Shown here: in pieces, positions 1 through 9,923 of the stretch | Position numbering within the stretch: position 1 is the stretch's first letter | How the letters are laid out: the number at the start of each line of letters is the position of its first letter | Source of the DNA: a bacterium | GTDB lineage: Bacteria; UBA8248 | DNA length: 64,000 nt | Direction of reading: 5' to 3' | NCBI GenBank assembly: GCA_965203325.1 | Contig: OZ241875.1 | Coordinates: forward strand, 1,056,001-1,120,000 | Notes under the pieces: generated by a model | The model's database searches: none | What the model saw: the letters and a program-made list of their open reading frames with translations, nothing else | Told to the model about the DNA's origin: nothing | Made by a program: the position numbers and the translations under genes

Positions 1-660
1 ATCGGGCCAATACCCGAGCAACCCCGCCACCTCCTCCTCATTCGGCGTGATGGCCGTGACTCCCAGAAACGAATCCCCGGCATAGCGGCTGTCCACCGTA
101 ACGATGATTTCGGTGGGCAATTTCCGAATCGCCTCTTTCACGCCTTTCGTCACGACGCCCAGGCCGTAGTCCGAGATCAAAAGTGCATCCAGACCGTCAT
201 TCGCCATTCGCTCTAATTCACCAACGAGTTGAGATTCCAGCCTTTCACCCAAGTCCAGCTGCTTTTCGTGATCCACCCTGATCACCTGCTGGCGTTTGGT
301 GTTTCGCCCTCCCGCCATGATGCGCGTCTTCGTGGGGGTGAGGCGCTCGGACTCCGCCAACAAAAGTCCGGTTTCGATTCGGCGTCTCTCCATCGCCCGG
401 CGGAGTTTTTCGCCCGCCGCATCGGCTCCCAACGCGCCGATGGCCCGCACGTTCCCGCCCAGGGCCGCCGAGTTCATCGCCGCATTGCCCCCGCCCCCGG
501 GAGCGATCTCGCGGCGGATGAAATCCAGAACAAGAACCGGCGCTTCCCGGCTGATGCGCGAGGTGGCGCCATGGATGAATTCATCCGCGATGAAATCTCC
601 CAGCACGGCCATGCGGATGGACGGGAATCTTTTAATATATTCTTTGAGTGGAGACTTCAT
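1..660 (-). CDS. rfaE1: D-glycero-D-manno-heptose-7-phosphate kinase (RfaE/HldE domain I, PfkB family), runs off window start
   Basis: Manual translation from ATG at 660: MKSPLKEYIKRFPSIRMAVLGDFIADEFIHGATSRISREAPVLVL...PGGGGNAAMN...TKTRI...QQVIRVD...ISDYGLG...TPNEEE. Not in the ORF track because no stop lies in the window. Confidence 0.9.
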   Translation of the reverse strand, partial: MKSPLKEYIKRFPSIRMAVLGDFIADEFIHGATSRISREAPVLVLDFIRREIAPGGGGNAAMNSAALGGNVRAIGALGADAAGEKLRRAMERRRIETGLLLAESERLTPTKTRIMAGGRNTKRQQVIRVDHEKQLDLGERLESQLVGELERMANDGLDALLISDYGLGVVTKGVKEAIRKLPTEIIVTVDSRYAGDSFLGVTAITPNEEEVAGLLGYWPD

Positions 661-661
661 G

Positions 662-1264
662 TCAGTGATTCCCGCCCTCGTTCAAAATGATTTCCACCGC
701 GTGATAGGCGTCTTCCGCCACGAAATCCGGTCGGCGGGGCCACTGCGCGCCGCGGAGCTCTCTTTCTCCCCGACCATACCCCGTGAGCACGAGGCCTGAT
801 CTGCAACCCGCGCGCCAGCCTGCCTCCAAATCGGAATACTTGTCCCCCAGCATGATGGATTTTTCCAAATCGACGCCGTGCTCCTCCGCCGCCTTGAGAA
901 TCATGCCGGGATAGGGTTTCCGCATCTTGGAGTCGAGCGCGTACGCGGGGACGTCTCCGTTCGGGACGTACGGGCAATAGTAGATGGCGTCGAGACGCGC
1001 GCCCTTGCCGCCCAGTTCGTCCCGGAGCTTGCGATGCACCTTTTCGATCATGGATTCGGAGAAGTAACCCCGCGCCACGCCGGCCTGATTCGTGATCAGG
1101 ATGGCGAGCCACCCCGCCTCGTTCACCTTGCGCACGGCCGCCGCCGCCCTGGGAAGCAGTTCATACACGTCGAGGTGGGTGACATAGCCCACGTCCCGGT
1201 TCAGGGTTCCGTCCCTGTCGAAAAATACCGCTGGTTTCTTTACGGCGCCTGCCTCAGTTTCCAT
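662..1264 (-). CDS. gmhB: D,D-heptose 1,7-bisphosphate phosphatase (HAD IIIA)
   Basis: FFDRDGTLN, TNQAGVARG, RKPYPGM and GDKYSD motifs; heptose operon context. Confidence 0.93.
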   Translation of the reverse strand: METEAGAVKKPAVFFDRDGTLNRDVGYVTHLDVYELLPRAAAAVRKVNEAGWLAILITNQAGVARGYFSESMIEKVHRKLRDELGGKGARLDAIYYCPYVPNGDVPAYALDSKMRKPYPGMILKAAEEHGVDLEKSIMLGDKYSDLEAGWRAGCRSGLVLTGYGRGERELRGAQWPRRPDFVAEDAYHAVEIILNEGGNH

Positions 1265-2336
1265 CTTTTGCGATCCTCAATTTTTCGTTCAACAACTCGA
1301 CGACCTCACTCGCCACCTCCTCGGGCGTAATCCGTTTCATGCAGTCGTGATGGCCGAGAGGACACGTTCTCGCGAAACACGGGCTGCAATCGAGAGCCTT
1401 GTGGATGACCCTGCTCCGAGGCCCTCTCGGGCCTGTTCGACGATAGTCCGTGGGTCCGAACAGCGCAATCGTCGGGGTTTTTACGAGTGCGGCCACATGC
1501 AGCGGACCCGTATCGCCGGAGATGAACACGTCCAGACGAGACAGCAGGGCGGGCAAGGTTTCCAGAGTATCCTTTCCGGCCAGATTCACCGCTCTCCCCC
1601 CGGACATCGCGTTCAATTGCCCGGTAAGTTCGATCTCATCCGGCCCGCCCAATATGAAGACCTGCCCTACCCCGCTATCCACGAGCCGGTGAATGAGTGT
1701 TTTGAAATGCTCCAGCGGCCACGTCTTGGACTCGCCGAAAAAGGCTCCGGGATGAATCCCTACCGAAAGCGTGCTGCTCATCGCACGATACGGGTTCAGC
1801 AGATTCTCCGCGAATTGTTGCGCTTCCGGTGTAATGCAGAAATCATCGACCTGCGCCCGGGTTTCATGTCCTTGCGCCTCAAGCAGATGGAGATATCGAT
1901 CCACCAAATGCGAAACATCCCGCGGAGGAGCCACCCGGTCGCTCAACAACCAGCCCCGGCTGTCGGTTCCATACCCGATTCGCCGCCTTGCTCCTATCCA
2001 TTTCGTCATCAGGGCCGCCCGAAAGCTGTTGGGCAGAATCCACGCATAATCCACCGTCTGGTTTCTTAATAATCTCCTTAAAGAAAACAAACCGGACCAT
2101 TTCCCCGCACCGAGCGGCAAGACCCGATCGATCCAGGGAAAACTGCGGAGCAACCCAAAAGTCCAGGGACCCGCCGCCGCCATCAGCTTCGCCCGTGGAT
2201 GCGCTCTTCTCAATGACGAAAAGAAAGGAGCGGACATGGCCGTGTCACCTATCCATGTGGGCGTCACTACGAGGTGCAACTCCTCCCGATGGGCATCGCC
2301 GGACAAACTCGATTCCTCCCCGATGCGTCTCCGCAC
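1254..2336 (-). CDS. waaF: Lipopolysaccharide heptosyltransferase II (GT9)
   Basis: PTWIGD, PNSFRAA, PGAFFGESKTWP, DTGPLHVAA, FGPTD and CSPCFARTCPLGHHDCM motifs; start approximate. Confidence 0.9.
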   Translation of the reverse strand: MRRRIGEESSLSGDAHREELHLVVTPTWIGDTAMSAPFFSSLRRAHPRAKLMAAAGPWTFGLLRSFPWIDRVLPLGAGKWSGLFSLRRLLRNQTVDYAWILPNSFRAALMTKWIGARRRIGYGTDSRGWLLSDRVAPPRDVSHLVDRYLHLLEAQGHETRAQVDDFCITPEAQQFAENLLNPYRAMSSTLSVGIHPGAFFGESKTWPLEHFKTLIHRLVDSGVGQVFILGGPDEIELTGQLNAMSGGRAVNLAGKDTLETLPALLSRLDVFISGDTGPLHVAALVKTPTIALFGPTDYRRTGPRGPRSRVIHKALDCSPCFARTCPLGHHDCMKRITPEEVASEVVELLNEKLRIAKDGN

Positions 2337-2495
2337 CTTGAGTCACGGGGAAAAGCAACAAAAACCGCCCTTTTTTCAACGCTATCAACCGATGTGATGG
2401 GCGTCAATGAGCAGAAAAACACGTTTTGCATTCCGGTAAACGCTCATATAGTGTGATGTAAGCGTATCGAGCACCCGACTTCCAGAGGATTCCCT

Positions 2496-3713
2496 TTGAA
2501 GACATTGCACCGATATATCCTGGGCGAGTTGGTGTCCTATCTGCTCATCTCCTTGTTTTTCCTTACATTCGTGCTCCTGCTGCACAGAATGTTTCAATTC
2601 ACGGATTTGGTGGTGAACCGCGGAGTGCCAATTTCAATCGTGGCGCAATTTCTTTTCGCCGCATTGCCCGTCCTGCTCCTCATCACCCTGCCCATGTCCA
2701 CCCTTATCGCGAGCATCATGGCGTTCAGCCGCCTCTCGAGCGATAGCGAATCCCTGGCGATGACAGCCTCCGGCATGACCTTCTACTCTCAGCTCATCCC
2801 CGTGGGAGTGGTAGGGGTAGCCACCGCTCTCCTGAGCGGATCCCTCATGATGTTCGGGCTTTCCTGGAGTCAAAACACCACTTTGGAAGTCCGCCAACAG
2901 ATGCTCCACAGCCGAGTCGCAACATTCGATCTTCGAGAGCAGGTTTTTCATGACGGTTTCGATGGAATCATGTTCTACGTGCGAGAAATCGAATCGTCGG
3001 GCAAGGTGATGAAAGGCATCATGATTTCAGACACCACAGAGGCCGGGACGAACCGGGTTATCTTTGCCGATCGTGGCATGTTGTTCAAATCCTCATCATC
3101 CCCGAAAGTATGGCTGCGCCTCGTCAGGGGAACCGTCCATACGGTCAGCGACACGGAGAAGACCTCCGGCAAGAAAATCAGCGCGAATGACGGCTCTTCT
3201 CTCTCCGGAAACAACTATCAAATCACGCGCTTTGAGAGCCACGACCTCAATTTCGATCTCACGAAAACCATCGGCAAAACGAAAGCGCTTCGCAAAAGCC
3301 TGCGAGCTTTTCCTCTCGATGAGCTCAGAAACAAGTTAAAAGAACACGAGCCCGGAACGAGCAGGTACAACGCCGTTCTCGTGGAGTTGCACAAAAAATT
3401 CTCGGTGCCCTTCACCTGCCTCATTCTGGCTTTGCTGGGAGCACCCCTCGGCCTACAGAACAGACGCTCGGGACGCCACGGCGGCTTGGCCCTGAGTCTG
3501 GGTGTTCTGATCCTCTATTATTTGCTCGTCACCTTTGCCGAGGGCGTGGCGGAAAGCGGGCAAATCAGCGCCGCCGTCGCTGTCTGGAGTCCGAACATTT
3601 TATTGGCTCTCCTTGCGGGATACACGATACGAACCGCAGGGCTGCGCAACACTGTCGACATTTGGGGTCTGCTCCTCAAACCTTTCTCCCCCTTCATCCG
3701 AAGCAAATCATAA
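2496..3713 (+). CDS. lptF: LPS export ABC transporter permease LptF
   Basis: TLHRYIL start, RLSSDSE..AM.ASG motif, multiple TM helices, WSPN; paired with lptG. Confidence 0.9.
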   Translation: MKTLHRYILGELVSYLLISLFFLTFVLLLHRMFQFTDLVVNRGVPISIVAQFLFAALPVLLLITLPMSTLIASIMAFSRLSSDSESLAMTASGMTFYSQLIPVGVVGVATALLSGSLMMFGLSWSQNTTLEVRQQMLHSRVATFDLREQVFHDGFDGIMFYVREIESSGKVMKGIMISDTTEAGTNRVIFADRGMLFKSSSSPKVWLRLVRGTVHTVSDTEKTSGKKISANDGSSLSGNNYQITRFESHDLNFDLTKTIGKTKALRKSLRAFPLDELRNKLKEHEPGTSRYNAVLVELHKKFSVPFTCLILALLGAPLGLQNRRSGRHGGLALSLGVLILYYLLVTFAEGVAESGQISAAVAVWSPNILLALLAGYTIRTAGLRNTVDIWGLLLKPFSPFIRSKS

Positions 3714-3722
3714 ATTCCCGCC

Positions 3723-4811
3723 ATGACCATATTGAGCCGCTACATCCTCATGCAGTTTTTGAGAATGGTGTTTCTTTGTCAGTCGGGAGCCATCACCCTC
3801 TTCCTTACCGCGGAGTTTATCGAGCGCATCGATGATTTTATCGAAGAGAACGCGACCCTGGCCGACGCAACCCTGTATTTCCTATACAAGATACCCCATC
3901 TCGTTTTCCTCTCCGTTCCGCTCACCGTTCTGATGGCGAGCACGTTCACGCTGATTCTTTTCTCCAGAGAAAACGAGGTTCTCGCCATGCGCGCAGGGGG
4001 CCTGAGTCTCTACCGCATCATCGCGCCCATTCTCATCGCCAGTCTGGGAATCAGCCTCCTTACCTTCCTGGCGAATGAATACATCGTTCCATTCGCCAAC
4101 AAACGCGGAGAATACATTCGGCGGGTCAATATCCAAAAAACCGGCTTACGCACGCATGCCCAGAGAAACAAAATCTGGTATCGCTCGGAAAACAACACCA
4201 TCTGGCAAATCACGCACTATGATCCATCTTCGGAAAAAATGAGAGGCGTTACCCTGTACCGAATGGACCGGCAAAACCGCCTCACGCAACGCATCGATGC
4301 AGATGAGGTGGTTTGGCTTCCTGCAAAAGAACATTGGGAATTCCACAAAGGCGTGATCCACGACTTTGCGGGCGAGGGGAAAATCAAACAACAAACTTTC
4401 AAGAAGAAAATTTTGGGGCTTACGGAAAAACCGGAAGATTTCCAAAAAGCCGGCAGAAACCCGGAGACAATGAATTACCAGGAACTCGGCCGCTACATCG
4501 AAAACTTGCGCAAAAGCGGCGCGAACCCCACCCGCTACGTCGTAGATATGTGGGCTAAAATTTCTGCGCCGTTCATCAGCTTCGTATTGGCGATTGTGGG
4601 TGTGCCTTTTTCCATTCGAAGCAGCAGAAGCGGAGGAGTCGCCCTGGGGGTCGCCATCGCCATCGGAATCGGCGCCATCTATCTCGTTCTTTTCCATGCA
4701 AGCCTATCGTTCGGACATGCCGGACGCCTCCCACCCGTCCTGGCGGCCTGGGGGCCGAATGCGATTTTCCTGGCGGGAGGGGCTTATTTTCTCGCCTCCG
4801 TCAGGGGATAA
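3723..4811 (+). CDS. lptG: LPS export ABC transporter permease LptG
   Basis: ILSRYI start, RENEVLAMRAGGLS, PETMNYQEL, LPPVLAAWGPN. Confidence 0.9.
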   Translation: MTILSRYILMQFLRMVFLCQSGAITLFLTAEFIERIDDFIEENATLADATLYFLYKIPHLVFLSVPLTVLMASTFTLILFSRENEVLAMRAGGLSLYRIIAPILIASLGISLLTFLANEYIVPFANKRGEYIRRVNIQKTGLRTHAQRNKIWYRSENNTIWQITHYDPSSEKMRGVTLYRMDRQNRLTQRIDADEVVWLPAKEHWEFHKGVIHDFAGEGKIKQQTFKKKILGLTEKPEDFQKAGRNPETMNYQELGRYIENLRKSGANPTRYVVDMWAKISAPFISFVLAIVGVPFSIRSSRSGGVALGVAIAIGIGAIYLVLFHASLSFGHAGRLPPVLAAWGPNAIFLAGGAYFLASVRG

Positions 4812-4825
4812 CGCGCCCACTCCCT

Positions 4826-5911
4826 TCAGGATGAAAATAGCTCTTTCTCGATCAAGGCGGATAAATTCATCTCTTCATCAATCTTCATCACCACGCGAAG
4901 GACGCGATGCGGCGCATTACTCAATAGAGGAGACAGCTTCACCGCATCCTTCTCCGTGGTGAGAATGAAATCGGCCCCGGTCTTCTGCATGGACGAAACG
5001 AGCCGCACGCCGTCCGCCAAAGCATAATGGGCATGATCGGGATATTCGTGATGCGCAATGACCTCGACATCCAGCGATTCGAGCATTTTCTCGAAACCAT
5101 GCGGATTCCCCAAGCCGCTGACGGCAACGACCCTGGCGCCCTTCAATTCATCCGGTGAACCCGTGTTCTCGCCTCGTGAATCCAAGAGCGCATCGGGCTC
5201 AAGGTGGCCCGTGAACACCGGGATATCCGGTATAAGAGACTGAATCTCCTCTCTCGTACGGCCGGCGCATTCGCCCGTCAGCAAAACGGCGTCTGCGCAA
5301 ATCAGGGCCGAAACCGGCTCCCGGAGAACACCTGCGGGAACCACCTTGCCGTTCCCAAAAGGAGAGTCTCCGCGCAATACCACCACGTCCATATCCCGGT
5401 GAAGCGCAAGGTGTTGAAACCCATCGTCGAGCACGACAACGTCCGCTCCGAATTCCTCGACCGCCTTCTTCGCCACAAAAGAACGCTCCGCACCCGTCAA
5501 CACGAGGAGGTCGGGATAGCGGCGGGCAAGCATCGCCGCCTCATCCGCGGCCGGTGGCGCGGTTATCAGGCTTCCCTTCCCATCGCCCACAACCATCACA
5601 TCCTTGGGTCTTCCGCCATAACCCCTGCTCACCACGGCGGGTTTCCGACCGTTCAAGATTAGTTTTTCCACCAGCCAGGCGACCGTGGGCGTTTTCCCCG
5701 TCCCCCCCAGGGCGAGGTTTCCAATCGAAACAACAGGTACGGGAATTTTCGAGACATTGGCTTTTTCGGCTTCATAACGCCGGCGCCGGTTCGTCATCGC
5801 AGCGCCATAGAGACTTCCCAGGGGGCCGAGGCTCTTCGCCAACATGCGGGACCATGCCGGGGACGCGGGGTCGCCCTCCCAGGCCTGCAGGACTGCGCGC
5901 CGAAAACTCAT
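4826..5911 (-). CDS. lpxK: Tetraacyldisaccharide 4'-kinase
   Basis: SIGNLALGGTGKTP, SRGYGG, LDDGFQH, PAGVLRE and TTEKDAVK motifs. Confidence 0.95.
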   Translation of the reverse strand: MSFRRAVLQAWEGDPASPAWSRMLAKSLGPLGSLYGAAMTNRRRRYEAEKANVSKIPVPVVSIGNLALGGTGKTPTVAWLVEKLILNGRKPAVVSRGYGGRPKDVMVVGDGKGSLITAPPAADEAAMLARRYPDLLVLTGAERSFVAKKAVEEFGADVVVLDDGFQHLALHRDMDVVVLRGDSPFGNGKVVPAGVLREPVSALICADAVLLTGECAGRTREEIQSLIPDIPVFTGHLEPDALLDSRGENTGSPDELKGARVVAVSGLGNPHGFEKMLESLDVEVIAHHEYPDHAHYALADGVRLVSSMQKTGADFILTTEKDAVKLSPLLSNAPHRVLRVVMKIDEEMNLSALIEKELFSS

Positions 5912-7179
5912 GCGGCGCCCTCATTCGATTTCGCCAGGACTTGAACGATATATTCCGCGGTTCGCTCGCAAGCGCCCCGATTATTCTCCACTACCCGCCG
6001 GGCTGCTTCACCTGCCCGATTCCGAGACTGCGGGTCGTCCAGCCATTTCATGACGGCCGTCTCCAAATTCTCCCGCCCGCTCAGTTGAATCGCGCCGCCT
6101 TGTTTCACCATCTCCCGCGTCACCTCGGCGAAATTCTCCATGTGGGGGCCGCACAGGCACGGCACCGCCCAGCGCGCCGCTTCTATCGGGTTCTGGCCGC
6201 CATGGGGAATAAAACTTCCACCGATGATCGCCATCGTTGCCCACCCGTACGCATCCGCCAGTTCGCCCATCACGTCCAGGATGACTGCCTGATGATCACC
6301 GCCCGTATCTTTTATACGGCTCCACCGTACGGGAGAAATCCCCGCATTCTGCAGGTCTGCCTCCACCTGAGCCACTCTTTCCAGGTGACGAGGCGCGACG
6401 AGCAGGCCCACTCCCGGCATTTTCCGGTAAACGGACGACAATACCTCTCCAATCAGTTTCTCTTCTCCCGGGTGCGTGCTGCCGGCTACGATGACGTGCC
6501 GGCACGCGCCCAGGCCATACGCTCCATGCGGGGGTTCCTGAAGCGGCGCGGGCGCGTCGAACTTGACGTTTCCGGAGACCCGCACGGAAGGCGCGCCCAA
6601 ATCCGAGAACCGCCCGGCGTCCCCTTCCCCGCGCACGAGTACGTCTCTGAAACGCTTGAGGACTGAAGAGAAGAAAAATCGAAATCGCTTGTATTTATGA
6701 TACGAACGCTCGGAAAGCCTCCCGTTGACGATGGATACGGGGATATTCCGCCTTGCCGCCTCCGCCACGAGATTCGGCCATATCTCCGTCTCGATGAGCG
6801 CGATCATGGACGGCCGGATGCGCTTCAAGGCGGAGCGGACAATCACAGGAAAATCCAGGGGGAGGTAGATGAGCTGCTCGACTCCCGATATTTTTCCGGC
6901 CTCTTTTCTTCCCGTTCGCGTCACCGTGGAAAGAACGATTTTGAGTTCCGGCTTCTTTTTCAAAAGCACGGGTATCAAAATAGCCGCCACGCCCACTTCC
7001 CCCACGGAGACGGCGTGCAGCCAAAGACGCCCCCCCTCCGCATCGGGCAACCCGGGCGGAAACCCGAACCTCTCACGAACGGCTCGCAAGTCGAACCCCC
7101 GAAGCCACAAGCGAATCAGAAAGTAAACGAGCAATACGGGCGAGACGAGAAGCAGAACGAGGTTGTAGAGAAACAGCAT
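5908..7179 (-). CDS. waaA: 3-deoxy-D-manno-octulosonic acid transferase
   Basis: WLHAVSVGE, ETEIWPN, NGRLS, AGSTHPGEE, APRHLER and GGQNPIE motifs. Confidence 0.95.
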   Translation of the reverse strand: MLFLYNLVLLLVSPVLLVYFLIRLWLRGFDLRAVRERFGFPPGLPDAEGGRLWLHAVSVGEVGVAAILIPVLLKKKPELKIVLSTVTRTGRKEAGKISGVEQLIYLPLDFPVIVRSALKRIRPSMIALIETEIWPNLVAEAARRNIPVSIVNGRLSERSYHKYKRFRFFFSSVLKRFRDVLVRGEGDAGRFSDLGAPSVRVSGNVKFDAPAPLQEPPHGAYGLGACRHVIVAGSTHPGEEKLIGEVLSSVYRKMPGVGLLVAPRHLERVAQVEADLQNAGISPVRWSRIKDTGGDHQAVILDVMGELADAYGWATMAIIGGSFIPHGGQNPIEAARWAVPCLCGPHMENFAEVTREMVKQGGAIQLSGRENLETAVMKWLDDPQSRNRAGEAARRVVENNRGACERTAEYIVQVLAKSNEGAA

Positions 7180-7186
7180 GAGAAGC

Positions 7187-7918
7187 TCACTTCCCCGCCG
7201 TGTTCTTCAGGTGGTGCTGCGCCTCTTCATTCGCATGAATGAGCCGCCTTTCGACTTCCGCGCGCTTCGCCTCCAACACCCCCTTGTCCCGGGTTCGCGG
7301 CACTTCCAGAGGTTCCCCGCAACAAAAGGCGATTCTCCCGAACGGCAGGGGCAAAATCGTCTTGTCCCAGGTGGGGATGGTGAAAAAGCGCGATGCCGCA
7401 AAAGCGACCGGGCAAATTCGATATCCCGTGAGGCTCGCCAAAGTGATGACGCCCATTTTTACCTTCTGAGGCGGGCCCTTTGGACCATCCGGCGTGATGA
7501 CGAGTTGATGCTTCCCTTGTTTCGCCACCCTGACCATCTGCCGAACCGCAGAGGTTCCGCCTTTATCGCTCCCGTCCAACACAGAGGAAGAGCCTCTCAC
7601 GCAATGGGTATCGAGCCGGGCCATCACCTGAGCGAGTAGTTCTCCGTCCCGGCTTCTGCTCGCCATACATGTGCGGTGAGAATGATACGCATTAAAGAAG
7701 CAGGGCAGCCCCAAATGACGATGCCAGAGCGCCCAGATAAATTGTTCATCACGCTTGCGGCCCATTTTTTCATTCGATTCCGTTTTCGGCACGATCATCG
7801 ACGAAGTTGCATAGACCGCTTTCAGGTAACCCGCGATGACCAAGCCTCCCAGCCGCGCCGAAAGCGGCGCATCGGGATTCCGGCCCCATTCATCATAGGC
7901 GATGGAATCTCCATTCAT
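7187..7918 (-). CDS. DUF374 family acyltransferase (LpxJ-like candidate late lipid A acyltransferase)
   Basis: WH motif, SRSRDGE, VRGSS, ITPDGPKGP, WDKTILPLPF; lies between lpxB and waaA. ATG at 7918 preferred to 7942. Confidence 0.8.
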   Translation of the reverse strand: MNGDSIAYDEWGRNPDAPLSARLGGLVIAGYLKAVYATSSMIVPKTESNEKMGRKRDEQFIWALWHRHLGLPCFFNAYHSHRTCMASRSRDGELLAQVMARLDTHCVRGSSSVLDGSDKGGTSAVRQMVRVAKQGKHQLVITPDGPKGPPQKVKMGVITLASLTGYRICPVAFAASRFFTIPTWDKTILPLPFGRIAFCCGEPLEVPRTRDKGVLEAKRAEVERRLIHANEEAQHHLKNTAGK

Positions 7919-7919
7919 G

Positions 7920-9098
7920 CTACGCGTCCTGCGCTTCAACACCGAGTTCCGCCGCGATGTGCGCCGCGGCGCATTCGTAGGGGTTTACCCCTTCCAGGGC
8001 GTTTTGAATCCTCTCGAATGCCCTGACTTGCCCGGCTCTCACGCCGTCATCGAACAGCACTTCCCTCAAGGCATTTGCAATGGGTTGCGCGCGCACCTGC
8101 TTCTGAAACAACTCGGGAACCGCCTCATGGCCGGACAACAAATTCACAAGGCTGATGAAATCCACTTGAAGCAAAAAATACCTGGCCAGCGTATACGAAA
8201 AAATATCCCCGGCATAGAGAACGACCATCGGCACACCCAGCAGAGCCGTCTCGAGAGATGCCGTGCCGCTCGCCACGACTACGGCGTCGGCCGCGCGAAT
8301 CACTTGTTCCGCATCACCCCTCACGACCCTTATCTCGACGCCGGACGACTTCAAGCGGTTCGCAACGTACCCCTCGGGCAACGAAATCGCCTCTGAAATC
8401 AAAAAGCGCACCTCCGGCGTCTGCGCATGGATAATCTCCAGCGCATCCACCATGGCACCCACGTGAGAATCGATTTCCTTGAGGCGGCTGCCGGGAAGAA
8501 GCGATACCACCTTCTCGTCCATCGACAAGCCCAATGAGCACCGGGCGCTCTCCCTGGAAGGCGCATCTCGAAGTTCATAGGCGACGGGATTGCCGATGAA
8601 CACGGCTTTTCCGCCCAATTCGTTAAAAATCCGAGGCTCGAACGGAAATATGTTCAGGGCCAGCTCGAAAACATCCGCAATGATGCGGGCGCGGCCTTTC
8701 CACCAGGCCCACACCTGGGGGGTGATGAAATATATGCACTTGGGCGGTTGCGGCAGTTTCCGCACCGCGCGCGCGCACGAAAGATTAAAACCCGGATAAT
8801 CCACAAAAATCACCGCCTTCGGCTTGTGATCCGCGATCCTCCTCAACAAATCTTTCTTGATCTTTCTCAGCTTGGGATAAATGCGGGGGATGCCTGCGAA
8901 ACCAACGATGGATATGTCGCCGATGTCGTGAATCAAATCGACTCCCGCCTCGGCCATCAATTGCCCACCCATCCCGGATAGCTGGAGGTCGGGTATCCTG
9001 GCGGCAAGCGCTTTCACCAGATTCGCAGCGTGAACGTCTCCGGACGGCTCTCCGGCGAGCACTACGACGTCGTTCGCCGAGCGCTCATCCGATCTCAT
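7920..9098 (-). CDS. lpxB: Lipid-A-disaccharide synthase
   Basis: AGEPSGD, DYPGFN, PQVWAW, LLPGSR, SGTASLE and PELFQ motifs. Confidence 0.95.
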   Translation of the reverse strand: MRSDERSANDVVVLAGEPSGDVHAANLVKALAARIPDLQLSGMGGQLMAEAGVDLIHDIGDISIVGFAGIPRIYPKLRKIKKDLLRRIADHKPKAVIFVDYPGFNLSCARAVRKLPQPPKCIYFITPQVWAWWKGRARIIADVFELALNIFPFEPRIFNELGGKAVFIGNPVAYELRDAPSRESARCSLGLSMDEKVVSLLPGSRLKEIDSHVGAMVDALEIIHAQTPEVRFLISEAISLPEGYVANRLKSSGVEIRVVRGDAEQVIRAADAVVVASGTASLETALLGVPMVVLYAGDIFSYTLARYFLLQVDFISLVNLLSGHEAVPELFQKQVRAQPIANALREVLFDDGVRAGQVRAFERIQNALEGVNPYECAAAHIAAELGVEAQDA

Positions 9099-9915
9099 TT
9101 TCCGACCAGCCGACTACGCAGATTCCAGTCGCGTCGGCTTCCCGTATCAAGCGCTCGCGATCGATGAGAAAAGTTCGCTCAGCCTCCAGGATCAACCCCG
9201 AAGCGCCGCCTTCGCGCATCACCTGCAAGGTCTCGGGTCCCACTGTAGGCACATCGTAGCGCATGTCCTGCTCGGGACGGGCCACCTTGCAGACAACAGC
9301 CCCTTTCCCGGCGAGAGCGCATCCCCTTCGGATCGCCTCGTTCGTACCCTCGATACCCTCCACTGCGACTACCGTCCCCTTGTGAACCACCACGGTCTGG
9401 CCGATGTCCAAGGCCGCGACGCTACGGGCCATCCGGAACGCATATTCCGCCCCTTTCCGCTGATTCCGGGGCAACTTCTTTTTCGTGATGCCCCCACGCG
9501 GGGTCATGAGATGCTCGAGATATTTCGTTTGGGGCACGACTTTCATCCCGTTTTCTTCCACAAACTCGATAACGGCATCCATGACCGTTGTATCGGCCGT
9601 ATTCCTGGCATTCTTCATGAAGCGCAGAACCGTCAAATCGAAGCGCAAAGATTGGAACAAGACACTTTTCTCCACCTTCCCCACAAGCCCTATTTCTCCA
9701 ACATCCTCATCTCTGAAGAACCGGATGATTTTATTCGGCTGGGTGGGAGGGATGTGGGTGATGGAATCCGCCTCTCCTGACAGCGTCGCCTCGATTTCAG
9801 CGGACAAAGCCACCACGGATACGCGCTTGCCCCGCTTTTTCGCACTGGATACAAACTCGGACGGCAACCTGCCCGAACCTGCAACGAGGCCTATTCTTTC
9901 CAGGGAATCCGGCAT
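9085..9915 (-). CDS. lpxI: UDP-2,3-diacylglucosamine pyrophosphatase LpxI
   Basis: GLVAGSGRLP, DIGQTVVV, AVEGIEGT and QDMRYDVPTVG motifs. ATG at 9915 (MPDSLERIG); the track's upstream extension overlaps the next gene. Confidence 0.92.
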   Translation of the reverse strand: MPDSLERIGLVAGSGRLPSEFVSSAKKRGKRVSVVALSAEIEATLSGEADSITHIPPTQPNKIIRFFRDEDVGEIGLVGKVEKSVLFQSLRFDLTVLRFMKNARNTADTTVMDAVIEFVEENGMKVVPQTKYLEHLMTPRGGITKKKLPRNQRKGAEYAFRMARSVAALDIGQTVVVHKGTVVAVEGIEGTNEAIRRGCALAGKGAVVCKVARPEQDMRYDVPTVGPETLQVMREGGASGLILEAERTFLIDRERLIREADATGICVVGWSENEIG

Positions 9916-9923
9916 GGTGAATT

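Noticed and set aside
229..799. Plus-strand ORFs at the window start
   Set aside because: Antisense to the heptose kinase and gmhB frames.
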